From: Lytechinus pictus
Taxonomy: Eukaryota
NCBI RefSeq assembly: GCF_037042905.1
Contig: NC_087252.1
Location: 21,454,001 to 21,518,000, forward strand
Direction: 5' to 3'
Length of the DNA: 64,000 bases
The notes under the pieces are model-generated. The model had not been told where the DNA came from. It made no database searches and worked only from the letters and a program-made list of their open reading frames with translations. Every line of letters starts with the position of its first letter. The first letter of the stretch is position 1. A program made the position numbers and the translations under genes. Below are positions 63,199-64,000 of this stretch, one piece after another.

Positions 63199-63430
63199 GG
63201 GCGTCGTGGTTTAGTGGTTAAGACTGTCATCTTTCAGACTGAAGGACGTGGGTTCCATTCCAAGCCATGGCCTGTTTTCCTTCAGCAGGAAATTTACCCA
63301 CATCGTGCTGCACTCAACCCAGGTGAGGTAAATGGGTACTGGCAGGAAGTAATTCCTCAAAAAGCTGTGCGCACCGGAATCGGTAGACTAGCTTAGCCAG
63401 GGTAATATAGGAGCGCCTTGAGCACCTAAT
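63199..63430 (+). mobile_element. tRNA-derived SINE lacking its tail
   Basis: tggtttagtgg, ggttccattcc, cactcaacccaggtgaggtaaatgggtac. Confidence 0.85.
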
Positions 63431-63549
63431 CGATAAAATTCTCACTCTCTACAAACTATTGTTTTCTCAGCTTACAAACAAGTTCCACAAACAAGTGTAC
63501 AATGTTCTACAGAAGCAATGTAGGAGGTGTATTAAGTGGGCAGGGGCGG

Positions 63550-64000
63550 GGGGGGGGAATCTTCACATTTCCAAACCATCGCGAGGGGGCAAAAACATTT
63601 GCAGTTTGGGGTGCACAATCGCCGCCATCAGAGCCAATTCGAACCCCATCAAGTAACATAATTACCCCATTCTCTGGTAAGCCTAGAATCTATAACACGA
63701 AACCAAATGGGGGGGGGGGGGGGTATCTTCAATTTCCAAACCATCATGAGGGGGCAAAGACATTTGCAGTTCTGGGTATACAATCGCTACCATCGGAGCC
63801 AATCCGAACCCCATCAAGTAACATAATTACCCCATTCTCTGGTAAGCCTAGAACCTACAACACGAAACCAAATTGGGGGTGGGTATCTTCAATTTCCAAA
63901 CCATCGCGAGGGGGCAAAGACATTTGCAGATCGGGGTGCACAATCGCCACCATCAGAGCCAATCCGAACCTCATCAAGTAACATAATTACCCCATTCTCT
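63550..64000 (+). repeat. ~160-166-bp tandem satellite, at least 2.7 units, running off the window end
   Basis: atcttca.atttccaaaccatc at 63559, 63725 and 63885; variable G-run between units. Confidence 0.95.

Noticed and set aside
63502..63981. 159-aa repetitive ORF
   Set aside because: Read-through of satellite units whose G-run lengths vary and shift the frame

Overview
This is eukaryotic, AT-rich, repeat-dense intergenic or intronic DNA. An invertebrate deuterostome, probably a sea urchin, is my inference from the SINE and MITE types and the many poly-G runs; I cannot confirm it. No credible intact protein-coding gene is present. The long ORFs are microsatellite translations, and the only recognisable protein relic is a frameshifted 3' end of a CR1/L2-type LINE reverse transcriptase (41.1-41.75 kb, minus strand). 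The window is a patchwork of non-autonomous DNA transposons identified by terminal inverted repeats (TIRs) and target-site duplications (TSDs): Harbinger-like (CWG or TWA), Kolobok-like and piggyBac-like (TTAA), hAT-like (8, 5 and 6 bp), AcademH-like (9 bp), Tc1-like (TA), CACTA-like and Helentron/HINE-like. It also holds tRNA-derived SINEs, micro/minisatellites and short satellites, often nested. The most notable observations are a five-copy ~173-bp tandem array in which each unit carries a tRNA-like head with Pol III A/B boxes, two distinct 1.3-1.6 kb CAG-ended elements with perfect 6-bp TSDs, a 72-bp TTAA mini-transposon with paralogous empty sites, HINE-like repeats dense in AGGTCA nuclear-receptor motifs, and several strong but apparently non-coding candidate exons. 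I did not find a demonstrably new protein-based system. All family assignments come from structure and recollection of the literature, not from database searches.
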